From the IMG/VR virus record IMGVR_UViG_3300025266_000004, positions 17,337 through 81,336 of that record: 64,000 bases of DNA; one strand, given 5' to 3'. Position numbers and translations under genes: made by a program. This stretch comes from a virus. The stretch's first letter is position 1, and the number at the start of each line of letters is the position of its first letter. The notes beneath the pieces are model-generated. The model was not told where the DNA came from, did no database searches, and worked only from the letters and a program-made list of their open reading frames with translations. Positions 26,039-35,933 of the stretch are shown piece after piece.

Positions 26039-26473
26039 ATGAAATTAGATACTACAATACAGCATATTTTAGACGTTATTAATCGTGAGGTTAATGATGA
26101 GATGGATATAGATTTAGACGATGACACTGTCTTAGATATTATTAATAGTCAATTCAGTGGTATTGCTGGATATACAAAAGACAAGAAAGTCGTTAAGCTA
26201 GACTACTTCGGTAAATTTAAGATTGCTGATGGTCGGGAAGATTACGTAACAAAAGGTAGATTAAAGAACATTATGGTATATTTAGGAAACATTGAAATAC
26301 TACCTGATTATAGGTATGTTATTGAAGACAGAGAAGAGGTTGATTATCATTCTATAGTTAAGTTTGTAGATAGTCAGCTTAAGAGTAAGATTGGTATTGC
26401 TACTATAGTTGATAAAATTAAGGTTGTAATAGATGGTGTTAATACACCTTTAAAACACTTAACAAATGATTAA
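26039..26473 (+). CDS. HU/IHF-like DNA-binding protein
   Basis: Helical N-terminus followed by KVVKLDYFGKFKI, an HU-like GxF turn. Confidence 0.55.
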   Translation: MKLDTTIQHILDVINREVNDEMDIDLDDDTVLDIINSQFSGIAGYTKDKKVVKLDYFGKFKIADGREDYVTKGRLKNIMVYLGNIEILPDYRYVIEDREEVDYHSIVKFVDSQLKSKIGIATIVDKIKVVIDGVNTPLKHLTND

Positions 26474-27149
26474 GATATTTAATGTCTCACGGACTAATGA
26501 ACTAACTATTGATTTAGCTGTTGTTAAATCTATTCCTGAGTTCAAGAAGATAGTAACTAGAGATAAGGGAAGTTCGGGTGATTCTGATGGTAGAAAGAAG
26601 TATAGAGCAGACAAAGAAATGATCTATGTATACTACTTAGCTGATTTAAGGAGTCCTCCTAGACTTGATGGTAAGAGTGAGAGAGATATACATGATTACG
26701 CTGTTACTTCTGCTGGTTTAGAAGAAAGCTATCAGGTGGATGAGGTAATTGAGATTGCTATAGCAAAGTATAAAGAGATACAGTTGGACACACCTGAACT
26801 TAGACTTTTAAATTCACTTTTAAGGGGTCTTGTTATGTCTAGTAAAGTTGTAGACGTTATTACTGATAAGATAGAGACTGATTTAGATTTTTACGCTAAT
26901 GGTGGCTTGGCTACAACAGCTGAGACTTTAGCAGACTTAGAGAGTGACAGTGTAGAACTTAAACCTGATGCTAGTGCAATGCTTTCTAACTTGATTGGAA
27001 ATATGAATGAAATCAGTAAGATGGGTAGTTCTGTAAACAAGGCTATCACAACTGTTAAAGATGTATACGAGAAAGTTAAGCAACAAATGAGTGAAGACGA
27101 TGCTATAAGAGGTGGTGGAACAATCAACCCAAGAGAAATGCCAAATTAA
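26466..27149 (+). CDS. conserved crAss-like protein (possible terminase small subunit)
   Basis: RDK...KEMIYVYY motif, coiled-coil tail with RGG; lies upstream of TerL. Confidence 0.45.
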   Translation: MIKIFNVSRTNELTIDLAVVKSIPEFKKIVTRDKGSSGDSDGRKKYRADKEMIYVYYLADLRSPPRLDGKSERDIHDYAVTSAGLEESYQVDEVIEIAIAKYKEIQLDTPELRLLNSLLRGLVMSSKVVDVITDKIETDLDFYANGGLATTAETLADLESDSVELKPDASAMLSNLIGNMNEISKMGSSVNKAITTVKDVYEKVKQQMSEDDAIRGGGTINPREMPN

Positions 27150-27167
27150 TATTAAATAAATAGATAT

Positions 27168-27911
27168 ATGAATTATTATTTAGACACAGAATTTCACGAG
27201 TACAAAAAGAAGCCTTTTATAGGTAAAGCTATAGATACTATAGAACTTATTTCAATAGGTATTGTAGCAGAAGATGATAGAGAGTATTATGCTGTTAGTA
27301 ACGAGTTTGATTTAAAAGCTACTTGGAGTAATGAATGGTTAAGAGATAACGTACTATTAAATATTGTACACGACTTAGCTAGAAAAGATTACAAAGAGAA
27401 AGACGCTTATATGCACGATTTCGGTAGTTATACAAATTGGTTAAAGTATATAAAAAAAGGGAATAACTGGGAAAAAACATGGTACAAGAGAAGTAAAGAA
27501 CTTATTAATAAGTATGGTAAATCAAGAGAACAAATAGCTACTGAGATTAAAGAGTTTGTGACAATGTCAAATGTACTAACCTTCGAACTTAGTCCTAATA
27601 GTATTAGTCCTGTTAATATGACACCTATTAATTTCTACGCATACTACGCTGACTATGATTGGGTAGTATTCTGTTGGTTATTTGGACGTATGATTGACCT
27701 ACCAAAAGGATTCCCAATGTACTGTATAGATTTAAAGCAAGAGTTAGACAATAAGGCTATTGATTTTGAAAAAGAGAGTTGGATTGGGAAAGGTAATGGA
27801 GTGGAATATCTTAAAGATAGAATAGAGTATCCTAAACAAGATAACGAACATAATGCTCTTGACGATGCTAAATGGAATTTAAAACTACATAAGTTTATAC
27901 AATCACTATGA
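27168..27911 (+). CDS. DEDDh 3'-5' exoribonuclease (Rv2179c/DUF5051-like)
   Basis: YLDTEF, LISIGIV, YADYDWV and HNALDDA motifs. Confidence 0.85.
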   Translation: MNYYLDTEFHEYKKKPFIGKAIDTIELISIGIVAEDDREYYAVSNEFDLKATWSNEWLRDNVLLNIVHDLARKDYKEKDAYMHDFGSYTNWLKYIKKGNNWEKTWYKRSKELINKYGKSREQIATEIKEFVTMSNVLTFELSPNSISPVNMTPINFYAYYADYDWVVFCWLFGRMIDLPKGFPMYCIDLKQELDNKAIDFEKESWIGKGNGVEYLKDRIEYPKQDNEHNALDDAKWNLKLHKFIQSL

Positions 27912-28930
27912 GTACTATAAATTACACTGAAAAACGTATTATACAATTCGACGAACCTTCTCATACTTATACAGATGAAAGGGGAAATGAATATACATCT
28001 GCTACTACACTTATAGGTAAGTATCAGAAACCTTTTGACAGAAGATACTATCTAATGTGGACAGCTTTAAAAAGAAACAACTACAAGTTAAAATATAGTG
28101 ATACTAATGCTACACAGCATATTATTACGATTAGAACTACGGGTGGTTTTAAAGACTTCAAACTTAAGTATCTTTATGATAACGAAAAGAGGATTTTAAA
28201 CATATCTACTGATGCAGTTGCGGCTGAGTGGGAACATACAACTGATATAGCTTGTGACAAAGGTAACGATAAGCATAATTTCTTAGAGGATGAAATAAAT
28301 AAATTTAGTTCTACACAGAATATACAATTAGATGCTCTACGTAAAGCTCAATCAGATATTAATTTCACTGGTAATTCTCTTAATAGAAAAGCACTTGATA
28401 ATAGTGCTATAAGAAATAAACACCCTGAGATTTACAGTCTTTTAGTTAAGTACTTAAATGAAGGTTGGACTATACACGCAGAGAAGAGAGTATATAGTGC
28501 TTATCTTCTTGTAGCAGGTATGATTGATGTTCTTTTAACTAAGGGCAATAAATTCAAGATACTTGATTGGAAAACTAATAAGAATGAGTTGCATTTTGAA
28601 GCAGGTTATTATAAGAAGGATTTGAATGGTGTTGTATCTAAAGAATGGGTTAGAAAGAATGACACGTTCCTGTTCCCTATAAATAATGTAAGTTACTGTA
28701 AAGGTAAAGTGTACACATTACAATTAAGTCTGTACGCACATATATTAGAGCTATGGGGATTTGAATGTGACGAACTAATACTCTGCCATATAAGAGATAT
28801 ACCGAATGGTAATAAGTTTGGAGTAGTGAATGAACAGACTGAATTTAAGGTGAAGTTCTATGATATAAAGTTCTTAAAGACAGATATACGTAAGATGCTT
28901 ACACACTTTATAAAGACAGGTAGGAAGTAG
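27908..28930 (+). CDS. PD-(D/E)XK exonuclease
   Basis: FDEPSHTY, E...AGMID...ILDWKT and YTLQLSLY motifs. Confidence 0.85.
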   Translation: MSTINYTEKRIIQFDEPSHTYTDERGNEYTSATTLIGKYQKPFDRRYYLMWTALKRNNYKLKYSDTNATQHIITIRTTGGFKDFKLKYLYDNEKRILNISTDAVAAEWEHTTDIACDKGNDKHNFLEDEINKFSSTQNIQLDALRKAQSDINFTGNSLNRKALDNSAIRNKHPEIYSLLVKYLNEGWTIHAEKRVYSAYLLVAGMIDVLLTKGNKFKILDWKTNKNELHFEAGYYKKDLNGVVSKEWVRKNDTFLFPINNVSYCKGKVYTLQLSLYAHILELWGFECDELILCHIRDIPNGNKFGVVNEQTEFKVKFYDIKFLKTDIRKMLTHFIKTGRK

Positions 28931-29002
28931 TAATGTCAACACTTGTAGTTAATCATATTACAGGCTTAGACACAAATAGTAAATAACAAATAAATAAATA
29001 AG

Positions 29003-29479
29003 ATGAAAAATTACATTGGAACAAAACAACTATTAGCAAAGCCTATGACATTAGGTGAATATAATAAGTACAGAGGATGGGATTTACCTACTGATGAAGA
29101 CGGTAATAAAAAAGGTTATTTAGTAGAGTACGTAGATAGTACAGACGCTAATCACCCTGATCATAAAGGATATATTTCTTGGAGTCCTGTAGAAGCTTTT
29201 GAAAAAGCATATAGAACTACTGACGGTTTGACATTTGGATTAGCTATAGAAGCTCTTAAACAAGGTAAGAAAGTAGCTAGAAAAGGATGGAATGGAAAAG
29301 GAATGTGGTTAAGATATATTAATCCTTACCATAATACACAATATTCAATAGCCGAATTATCAGACATTGAAGGTACATTAATGCCATATATTGCAATGAA
29401 AACTGTAGATAACGGTCTAATACCTTGGTTAGCTAATCAAACGGATATTATAATTGAAGATTGGATAATAGTTGAATAA
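29003..29479 (+). CDS. two-domain protein: YIGTK/SWSP domain plus DUF2829 (Tad2-like) domain
   Basis: C-terminal LTFGLAIEALKQGKKVARKGWNGKGMWL...PWLANQTDIIIEDW is the DUF2829 signature. Confidence 0.75.
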   Translation: MKNYIGTKQLLAKPMTLGEYNKYRGWDLPTDEDGNKKGYLVEYVDSTDANHPDHKGYISWSPVEAFEKAYRTTDGLTFGLAIEALKQGKKVARKGWNGKGMWLRYINPYHNTQYSIAELSDIEGTLMPYIAMKTVDNGLIPWLANQTDIIIEDWIIVE

Positions 29480-29482
29480 GAT

Positions 29483-30112
29483 ATGAGTAAATATATATAT
29501 TTATTAGATGCAGGTCACGGTGGTATAGATGATAATAACGTCTATACCACTAGTGGTAAAAGGAGTCCTATTTGGAAAGATACAAATGAACAGTATTTCG
29601 AAGGAGAAGGTAATAGAATAATAAGAGACGAATTAGCTGTTGAACTAAGTCGTAAAGGTATTAAGTATCATTACGTTTCAGTAGGTAGTAAGGATGTCGG
29701 TTTAAAAGAACGTGTTGCTGTAATCAATGCTTATTGTGATGCTTACGGTAAAGACAATGTGATACTTATTTCTATACATTCTAACGGTGCTTCAAACCCT
29801 CTTGGACAAGGATGGGAAGTATATACTAGTAGAGGACAAACTAAGAGTGATCCTATAGCTACTGTATTTTACAATGAAGCCTTACAAGAGTTTCCACGTA
29901 GAAAGTTTAGAAAAGATACTAAGGATGGTGATGTTGATAAAGAAGCTAATTTTTATATTATAGCAAAGAGTAAATGTCGTGCTATACTAACAGAGAATTT
30001 CTTTATGACAAATAAGTATGAATGTCAGAATATTTTACTAACTAAATCAGGTCTAAGTAAAATAGCAAACTTACACCTCAACGGAATATTACAAGTAGAA
30101 AAGAAATTATAA
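29483..30112 (+). CDS. N-acetylmuramoyl-L-alanine amidase (Amidase_3) endolysin
   Basis: LDAGHGG, zinc-binding E, SIHSN and catalytic LTENFF motifs. Confidence 0.92.
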   Translation: MSKYIYLLDAGHGGIDDNNVYTTSGKRSPIWKDTNEQYFEGEGNRIIRDELAVELSRKGIKYHYVSVGSKDVGLKERVAVINAYCDAYGKDNVILISIHSNGASNPLGQGWEVYTSRGQTKSDPIATVFYNEALQEFPRRKFRKDTKDGDVDKEANFYIIAKSKCRAILTENFFMTNKYECQNILLTKSGLSKIANLHLNGILQVEKKL

Positions 30113-30113
30113 A

Positions 30114-32207
30114 ATGGCTATTAGTTACGAGAACGGTTTATATAAGAATGATGATGATTTAACATTTGTTAATATGGAGTACTTTCGTGAACCTGCGAAG
30201 TACTTTTTAAAGCATGGTGTTTATACACACGAACCGTTTGGTTCTCCTAGATACCTTGCGTATTGGGACGAACAAGATAAAAGATGTAGAGAAGGATATA
30301 CTGTAGGTGGTGTTACTTTAACAGGTGAACATTATGGGTATTTAAACTTTGCACAAATCAAGGTAACACAAGATGCTAATAAGTCTGCTTATAAAGAAGC
30401 TAAGAAGGATGGACATACTCAAAAAGCAAAGAGACAATCAGCTGAGAAGAAAGTTACTTTTCCTGATTTCTATGATGGTGATTACCATTACTTTAAAGCT
30501 AAGGAGTTCGCTAGGGAACAAGGTCTTCATTTATGTGTAGGTAAAGCTAGACGTAAGGGATACTCATATAAGAATGGTTGGATTGGTGCTAACAGGTATA
30601 ACTTATATCCACAGAGTATTACTGTGATAGGTGCATTCTCTAGTAGTTATCTATATCCTCGTGGTACTATGTCGATGGTTAAAGAATATCTTGATTTTCT
30701 TAATAAACATACTGATTGGGAAAAGAAGAGACTACTTAGTAATATGTCTCATATGAAGTCTGGTTATAAGTATGTAGGACAAGATGAAGAGCATGGTTTC
30801 TTAAGTGAGGTTATTGCTGTTAGTTTTGGACCTGCTAATCCAGGTGCAGCTAGGGGTAAAGATGGTACTCTATTTATGTTTGAAGAAGCAGGTAAGTTTC
30901 CTAATCTAATTGAGAGTTTAACATCTACTGCTCCTGCTGTAGAGGATGGTGTCTTTGTTACTGGTCAAATACTTATATTTGGTACTGGTGGAGATGATGC
31001 TTCTAACTGGGATGGGTTCGAGGAAATATTCTATGACCCTGAGACTTATAATATGCTTGCTTTTGATAATATATGGGATGACAATGCTGAAGGTACTTCA
31101 TGTGGTTTCTTTGTACCTCAAATAAGAAACCTCCCAGGTTTTATAGATAAGGACGGTAATAGTTTAACTGCTGCTGCTTTAGAACATGAGACATCTATTA
31201 GAGATAGTATTAAGAAGACATCTAAAACTAGTACTAAGTTAAGTGGTTACCAAATGGAGTACCCTAACAAACCTAGTGAAGCTTTTGCAAGGAATACAAA
31301 TAACATCTTCCCTACTATTGAGATTGATGCACAACTAAAGCTAGTACAGAATGATGGTAATATTAAATACCTAGGTAGACAAGGTGTTTATAAAGATACT
31401 GCAAAAGGTGTTATACTAGTACAAGAAGATACAAAAGGAAAAGATTATGAATACATTAAAGAATTTCCACTTAAAAAAGGTAGCCATGTCGATGTTGATG
31501 GGTGTATTGTTGAATTTCAACCTCCTTACACTTTACCTGATGGTAGAATACCTCAAGGTTTATATAGGATATGGAATGACCCTTATGCACAGGACAAAGA
31601 CACTGATGCGATAACTACAAAGGATTCTCTAGGAGCTACTTATGTATATGAGGTTACTAATAGGTTTACAGGAAGTAAAGGAGATATTCTAGTAGCTGCT
31701 TATGTAGGTAGACCACCGTCTATGGATGCGTACAATAAACAACTATATCTTTTAGCTAAGAGATACGGTGGTGCCCCAGGTATGGTACAGTTCGAGAATG
31801 ATAGGGGTGATGTAAAGAATTACTTTAAGAAGATGAAAGCATATCATTTACTTGCTGACGAACCTGAGGTAACATGGAAACGAGAACTCCAATCAGCTAA
31901 GACTGGAAGGGTTAAAGGTATCATGATGAATGCTAAGAGAAAAGGTACTGCCGCAATCTATTTAAGGGATTGGCTTTTAGATAAGAGAGGAGAAGACGAG
32001 AACGGCAACGATGTTTTGAATTTAAACTATATATACGACGAAGGACTACTAAAAGAGTTGCTAAAGTGGCATATAAAAGGTAACTTCGATAGAGTTTCGG
32101 CAATGCTTGTTGGTATGTTCGATTATAGAGAGGTTGAGACACAGGAAGAAATACAGGCTACGGGTGGTGCTCAGAATAATTTTTTCAGTAAGAGTTTATT
32201 TAAATAA
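30114..32207 (+). CDS. terL: terminase large subunit
   Basis: crAss-type KARRKGYSY Walker A, FEEAGKF Walker B, GTGG, nuclease DPY...GNFDRVSA. Confidence 0.93.
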   Translation: MAISYENGLYKNDDDLTFVNMEYFREPAKYFLKHGVYTHEPFGSPRYLAYWDEQDKRCREGYTVGGVTLTGEHYGYLNFAQIKVTQDANKSAYKEAKKDGHTQKAKRQSAEKKVTFPDFYDGDYHYFKAKEFAREQGLHLCVGKARRKGYSYKNGWIGANRYNLYPQSITVIGAFSSSYLYPRGTMSMVKEYLDFLNKHTDWEKKRLLSNMSHMKSGYKYVGQDEEHGFLSEVIAVSFGPANPGAARGKDGTLFMFEEAGKFPNLIESLTSTAPAVEDGVFVTGQILIFGTGGDDASNWDGFEEIFYDPETYNMLAFDNIWDDNAEGTSCGFFVPQIRNLPGFIDKDGNSLTAAALEHETSIRDSIKKTSKTSTKLSGYQMEYPNKPSEAFARNTNNIFPTIEIDAQLKLVQNDGNIKYLGRQGVYKDTAKGVILVQEDTKGKDYEYIKEFPLKKGSHVDVDGCIVEFQPPYTLPDGRIPQGLYRIWNDPYAQDKDTDAITTKDSLGATYVYEVTNRFTGSKGDILVAAYVGRPPSMDAYNKQLYLLAKRYGGAPGMVQFENDRGDVKNYFKKMKAYHLLADEPEVTWKRELQSAKTGRVKGIMMNAKRKGTAAIYLRDWLLDKRGEDENGNDVLNLNYIYDEGLLKELLKWHIKGNFDRVSAMLVGMFDYREVETQEEIQATGGAQNNFFSKSLFK

Positions 32208-32216
32208 TAATATAGT

Positions 32217-34538
32217 ATGAATGTATTTCCAAAACAGAAGGTTAAGACTTCTGAAAAACTTAAGATAAATAAAGGTGACGACTTTCCTCAATGGGGTAAG
32301 GATAACATGGATTTTCTTATAGATAACATTGGTAGTGATTATGAGAAGCTAGAAATGCAATCTTTAATGCGTGTAGCAGAAGGGTACATTGACCAAGAGT
32401 TATATAGTTATGTATTGAATCCTTATAATACTGATACAGGTAAGAATAGAAACTTTCCTGCAAGACTGAGAAACTATGATATAATTAGTCCTGTTATATA
32501 TAGTTTTCTAGGTGAGAAGAGTAAGAAGCCTAATAACTTTCAAGTAGTTGCTGTTAATGAGGATGCACCAAATATGTTTACTGAGAAGTTACATGGTGAA
32601 ATGTCTAAGTTATTAAATCAGCAGTTTATTAATAATCTTAATGAGCTTGGTGTTGATACTGGGATGCAGAGTAAAGAAGGTACACCAAGTGCTCAAGATT
32701 TCTATAAAGAGTTTGCTACTTCTTATAGTGATGCAAGAGCTATAAAGGGACAGGAATCACTCAATATATTGAAGTATGATCTTGACATCAAAGATAAAAT
32801 GCAGACAGCTTTCTATTACTGGCTAGTACTCGGAAGGGTCATTACATATAAGGACGTACACAGAAATGATGTTAGCTACGATGTAGTTCACCCTATTGAA
32901 ATGACTTACTCTAAGAGTCCTAATTTACCATACATAGAAGATGGTAACTGGGCATTGAGAAAGTTTAAGATGAATGTTAATGATGTTATTGATAGATGGA
33001 GAGACGACTTAGATGATAAAACTATTGACCTATTAGAGAACTTAGGTGACTCTTTACATAACAGTGAAATCAATCACTTTAATGAGATTGCTACTAATAG
33101 TCAATTCAATCATGATTCAGATGGTTTGTTAGATGTTTATCACGGTACTTGGAAGTCATTTAAGTTAATAGGTATATTAAAGTATAGTGACGAACTAGGA
33201 ATTGAGAGAGAGAAAGAAGTTGATGAGAAGTATAAAATAGATAAAAGCATAGGTGATTTAAGTATTAAATGGGAATGGATAAACGAAGTTTGGGAATGTT
33301 GGAGAATAGATGAAAGTATCTACTTAGACTGTAGACCTATTAAAGTACAAAGAGATGAAATGAATAACAGCTCTGTATGTAAACTACCTTATAATGGTAG
33401 AACTTGGTTTAGTGAAACAAATAATATTAAGTCTGTTCTTAAAGAAGGTATTGATTATCAAACTCTATATAATATATATCACTATAGAGCTGAAATGACA
33501 ATGGCTAGAAATAAGGATAAACTACTTATGATGCCAATGGGTATTTTACCAAAGGAATGGGGTGATGATGCAATGGAGAATTTTATGTACTATGCGGAAG
33601 CTACAGGAATAGGTTGGATAGATGAGAGTAGACCAGGTGCTATGGCTGCTTTACAATCTATTAAAGCAGTAGATTTATCACTGTCTCAATATTTCTCTGC
33701 TATGTATGAAGCTATGCAAGCTATAAAACAAGAGTGGTGGGATAGTGTTGGAATGAACAGACAGAGATATGGAGATACTAAAGCTAGTGATGGTAAAGGT
33801 GTTAATGAACAAGCAATCTTTAGAAGCTCTGTAATAACAGAGGAGTTGTTTAGACAATTTGGTAAGTTCGAAGAGAAGGATTTAAATGGTCTATTAGACT
33901 ATTCTAAGTTAGCTTGGATTGACGGTAAAAGAGGTTCTTATATAGGTAGTGACGGTAGAGCTGAATTATATGATGTCGATAGTCTTCAACACATGGAGAG
34001 TCAGTACGGTATATTTGCTAAAGATCAAAGTGATGAGAATGAGAAACTAGAGACTATGAAGAGTATTGCTTTAACGTTTGCTCAAAATGGTAGTAAGCCA
34101 GGTCTTATATCAGAGATAATAGATAGTAGTAACTTTAGTCAAACAAAGACTCATTTAGCTAACTTAGATAAGATGGAAGATGAGAGATTGAAAGCTGAAC
34201 AAAAAGCTGAACAAGAATCTAATGAACGTATTCAACAAATGGTTAATGAGAATGACGAGAAAAATAGAGAAGCCGCTAAGTATAAAGTCGATATGGATTA
34301 TAAACGACATATTGATGGTAAGAAGATAGATGCTAAATTAGCTATTAACTTGAAAGACGATATTGCACCTGTAGATGATACTTTAGATTATTTAAAAGAG
34401 AGTAATCAAAATGCTACAAATAGAGAACAGATGCAAAGAACTAGCGACTTAGAGAATAAGAAACTAGACATTGAAAGAGAAGGAATGCGTAGTGCTGAAA
34501 ATATAGCTAGAGAGAATAAAAATAAACACGATAAGTAA
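32217..34538 (+). CDS. portal protein
   Basis: 773 aa directly after TerL; FPxQK start, NYDII..GE and GMNRQRYG motifs of crAss portals. Confidence 0.88.
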   Translation: MNVFPKQKVKTSEKLKINKGDDFPQWGKDNMDFLIDNIGSDYEKLEMQSLMRVAEGYIDQELYSYVLNPYNTDTGKNRNFPARLRNYDIISPVIYSFLGEKSKKPNNFQVVAVNEDAPNMFTEKLHGEMSKLLNQQFINNLNELGVDTGMQSKEGTPSAQDFYKEFATSYSDARAIKGQESLNILKYDLDIKDKMQTAFYYWLVLGRVITYKDVHRNDVSYDVVHPIEMTYSKSPNLPYIEDGNWALRKFKMNVNDVIDRWRDDLDDKTIDLLENLGDSLHNSEINHFNEIATNSQFNHDSDGLLDVYHGTWKSFKLIGILKYSDELGIEREKEVDEKYKIDKSIGDLSIKWEWINEVWECWRIDESIYLDCRPIKVQRDEMNNSSVCKLPYNGRTWFSETNNIKSVLKEGIDYQTLYNIYHYRAEMTMARNKDKLLMMPMGILPKEWGDDAMENFMYYAEATGIGWIDESRPGAMAALQSIKAVDLSLSQYFSAMYEAMQAIKQEWWDSVGMNRQRYGDTKASDGKGVNEQAIFRSSVITEELFRQFGKFEEKDLNGLLDYSKLAWIDGKRGSYIGSDGRAELYDVDSLQHMESQYGIFAKDQSDENEKLETMKSIALTFAQNGSKPGLISEIIDSSNFSQTKTHLANLDKMEDERLKAEQKAEQESNERIQQMVNENDEKNREAAKYKVDMDYKRHIDGKKIDAKLAINLKDDIAPVDDTLDYLKESNQNATNREQMQRTSDLENKKLDIEREGMRSAENIARENKNKHDK

Positions 34539-34613
34539 TATAAAAAAATAATATAGAATAAGAACCTATATAATAAATTGTAAATATCAAAACAAATACA
34601 TAAATTTAGAAAT

Positions 34614-35903
34614 ATGAAAATTAACGGAACAAATAAGGCATTTAATAAGCCACTTGTGAACTATGGTGACGTAGTGTTTAGAAGAGAAGATATAGAGATA
34701 GGTAGTCTATTAGATGGTGACGCTTTTAGTGGTAATGAAAGTGGAGGTAATAGTAATACTGAGGACACTACTAACACTAATACTAATACTGAGGATAATC
34801 AAAATACTAATACGAATGTCAATCAAGAGGATAATAATCAAGAGGACAATCAAAATACTAACACTGAGCAAAATACAGACACTGAGCAGGGTACTAACAC
34901 TGAGCAAGCTGTTGATTTAACAGATGAAGAATTTAAAGCTGAATTACTAGAAAAGTACAAAGGTACAGATGTTGATGAAGAAGGTAACATTGTAGATGAT
35001 AAGGGAGAGATTATAAAGAAGGTAGATGAAATTGAAGAATACGCTAGTGACGAAGTACCTTTTATTAATGAGATACAAACTACTTTAGGGTATGAGATAC
35101 TTGGTGAAGATGGTGCTCCTGTACAGTACGAAGATACTACTGAAGGTATTGCACAATATGTGTCTGATTCAGCAGGTCAACAAGCTACTAGTCAAATAAA
35201 TAAATTTTTAGATACTTTCCCTGAGCTTACAGACTTACATAATCATCTTGCAACTGGTGGTAATGTAAATAACTTTTATGCTACTGAACAAGATTGGTCA
35301 AATACTGAATTAGATAAGTCTAATAAATCACAGTTAAGGTCTGTTATAAAAGAAGATTTCTTATCCAAAGGAATGGATGAAGGGACGATTGATACTATGT
35401 TAGATACTTTTGACGACACTGGTAAATTGTTTGAGATGTCCAAAGTAAGTAAACAAGCTAGGATTGATACTAAACTTGAAACTGCTAGAGTTAACCAACA
35501 AAAAGTAGACAAGCAAAAAGAAGATAGACAAAATAATATTGTTGCACACTGGAATGAAATTAAGACAGTTGTAACAAATGGTAAGTTAAAGAACATTAAT
35601 ATACCTAAAGCAGAACAAGACGATTTCTATAACTATGTATCTAAAGCTGTTGACAGTAATGGTAATAGTCAAGATATGGTTGACAGACAAAAAGAAGACA
35701 AAGAAACTACTTTAATGATGTCTTTTTGGAGATACAAAGGATATGACTTAAATAAACTTGTTAAATCTATGGTAGCACAAGAGAAAGCTACTTCTATGAG
35801 ACAACGTATTACTAAGAACGTACCTAAGCATAAACGAAATGTTATTAAGAAACCTATATCAGGTGCTCAAAATACAGACATTAATATAAACAATTTTCAA
35901 TAG
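34614..35903 (+). CDS. acidic scaffold-like capsid assembly protein
   Basis: Acidic and helical, between portal and MCP; low-complexity N/T/E/D N-terminus. Confidence 0.65.
   Translation: MKINGTNKAFNKPLVNYGDVVFRREDIEIGSLLDGDAFSGNESGGNSNTEDTTNTNTNTEDNQNTNTNVNQEDNNQEDNQNTNTEQNTDTEQGTNTEQAVDLTDEEFKAELLEKYKGTDVDEEGNIVDDKGEIIKKVDEIEEYASDEVPFINEIQTTLGYEILGEDGAPVQYEDTTEGIAQYVSDSAGQQATSQINKFLDTFPELTDLHNHLATGGNVNNFYATEQDWSNTELDKSNKSQLRSVIKEDFLSKGMDEGTIDTMLDTFDDTGKLFEMSKVSKQARIDTKLETARVNQQKVDKQKEDRQNNIVAHWNEIKTVVTNGKLKNINIPKAEQDDFYNYVSKAVDSNGNSQDMVDRQKEDKETTLMMSFWRYKGYDLNKLVKSMVAQEKATSMRQRITKNVPKHKRNVIKKPISGAQNTDININNFQ
34755..34908 (+). repeat. coding low-complexity repeats (NTEQ, EDNQNTN)
   Basis: Repeated ACTAACACTGAGCA and GAGGAYAATCAAAATACTAA units. 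Confidence 0.7.
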
Positions 35904-35933
35904 TAAATAATAAATATAAACAAATAAACAAAA

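Noticed and set aside
27908-28930. Cas4 of a CRISPR system
   Set aside because: PD-(D/E)XK nuclease without a clear four-Cys Fe-S motif and with no cas context
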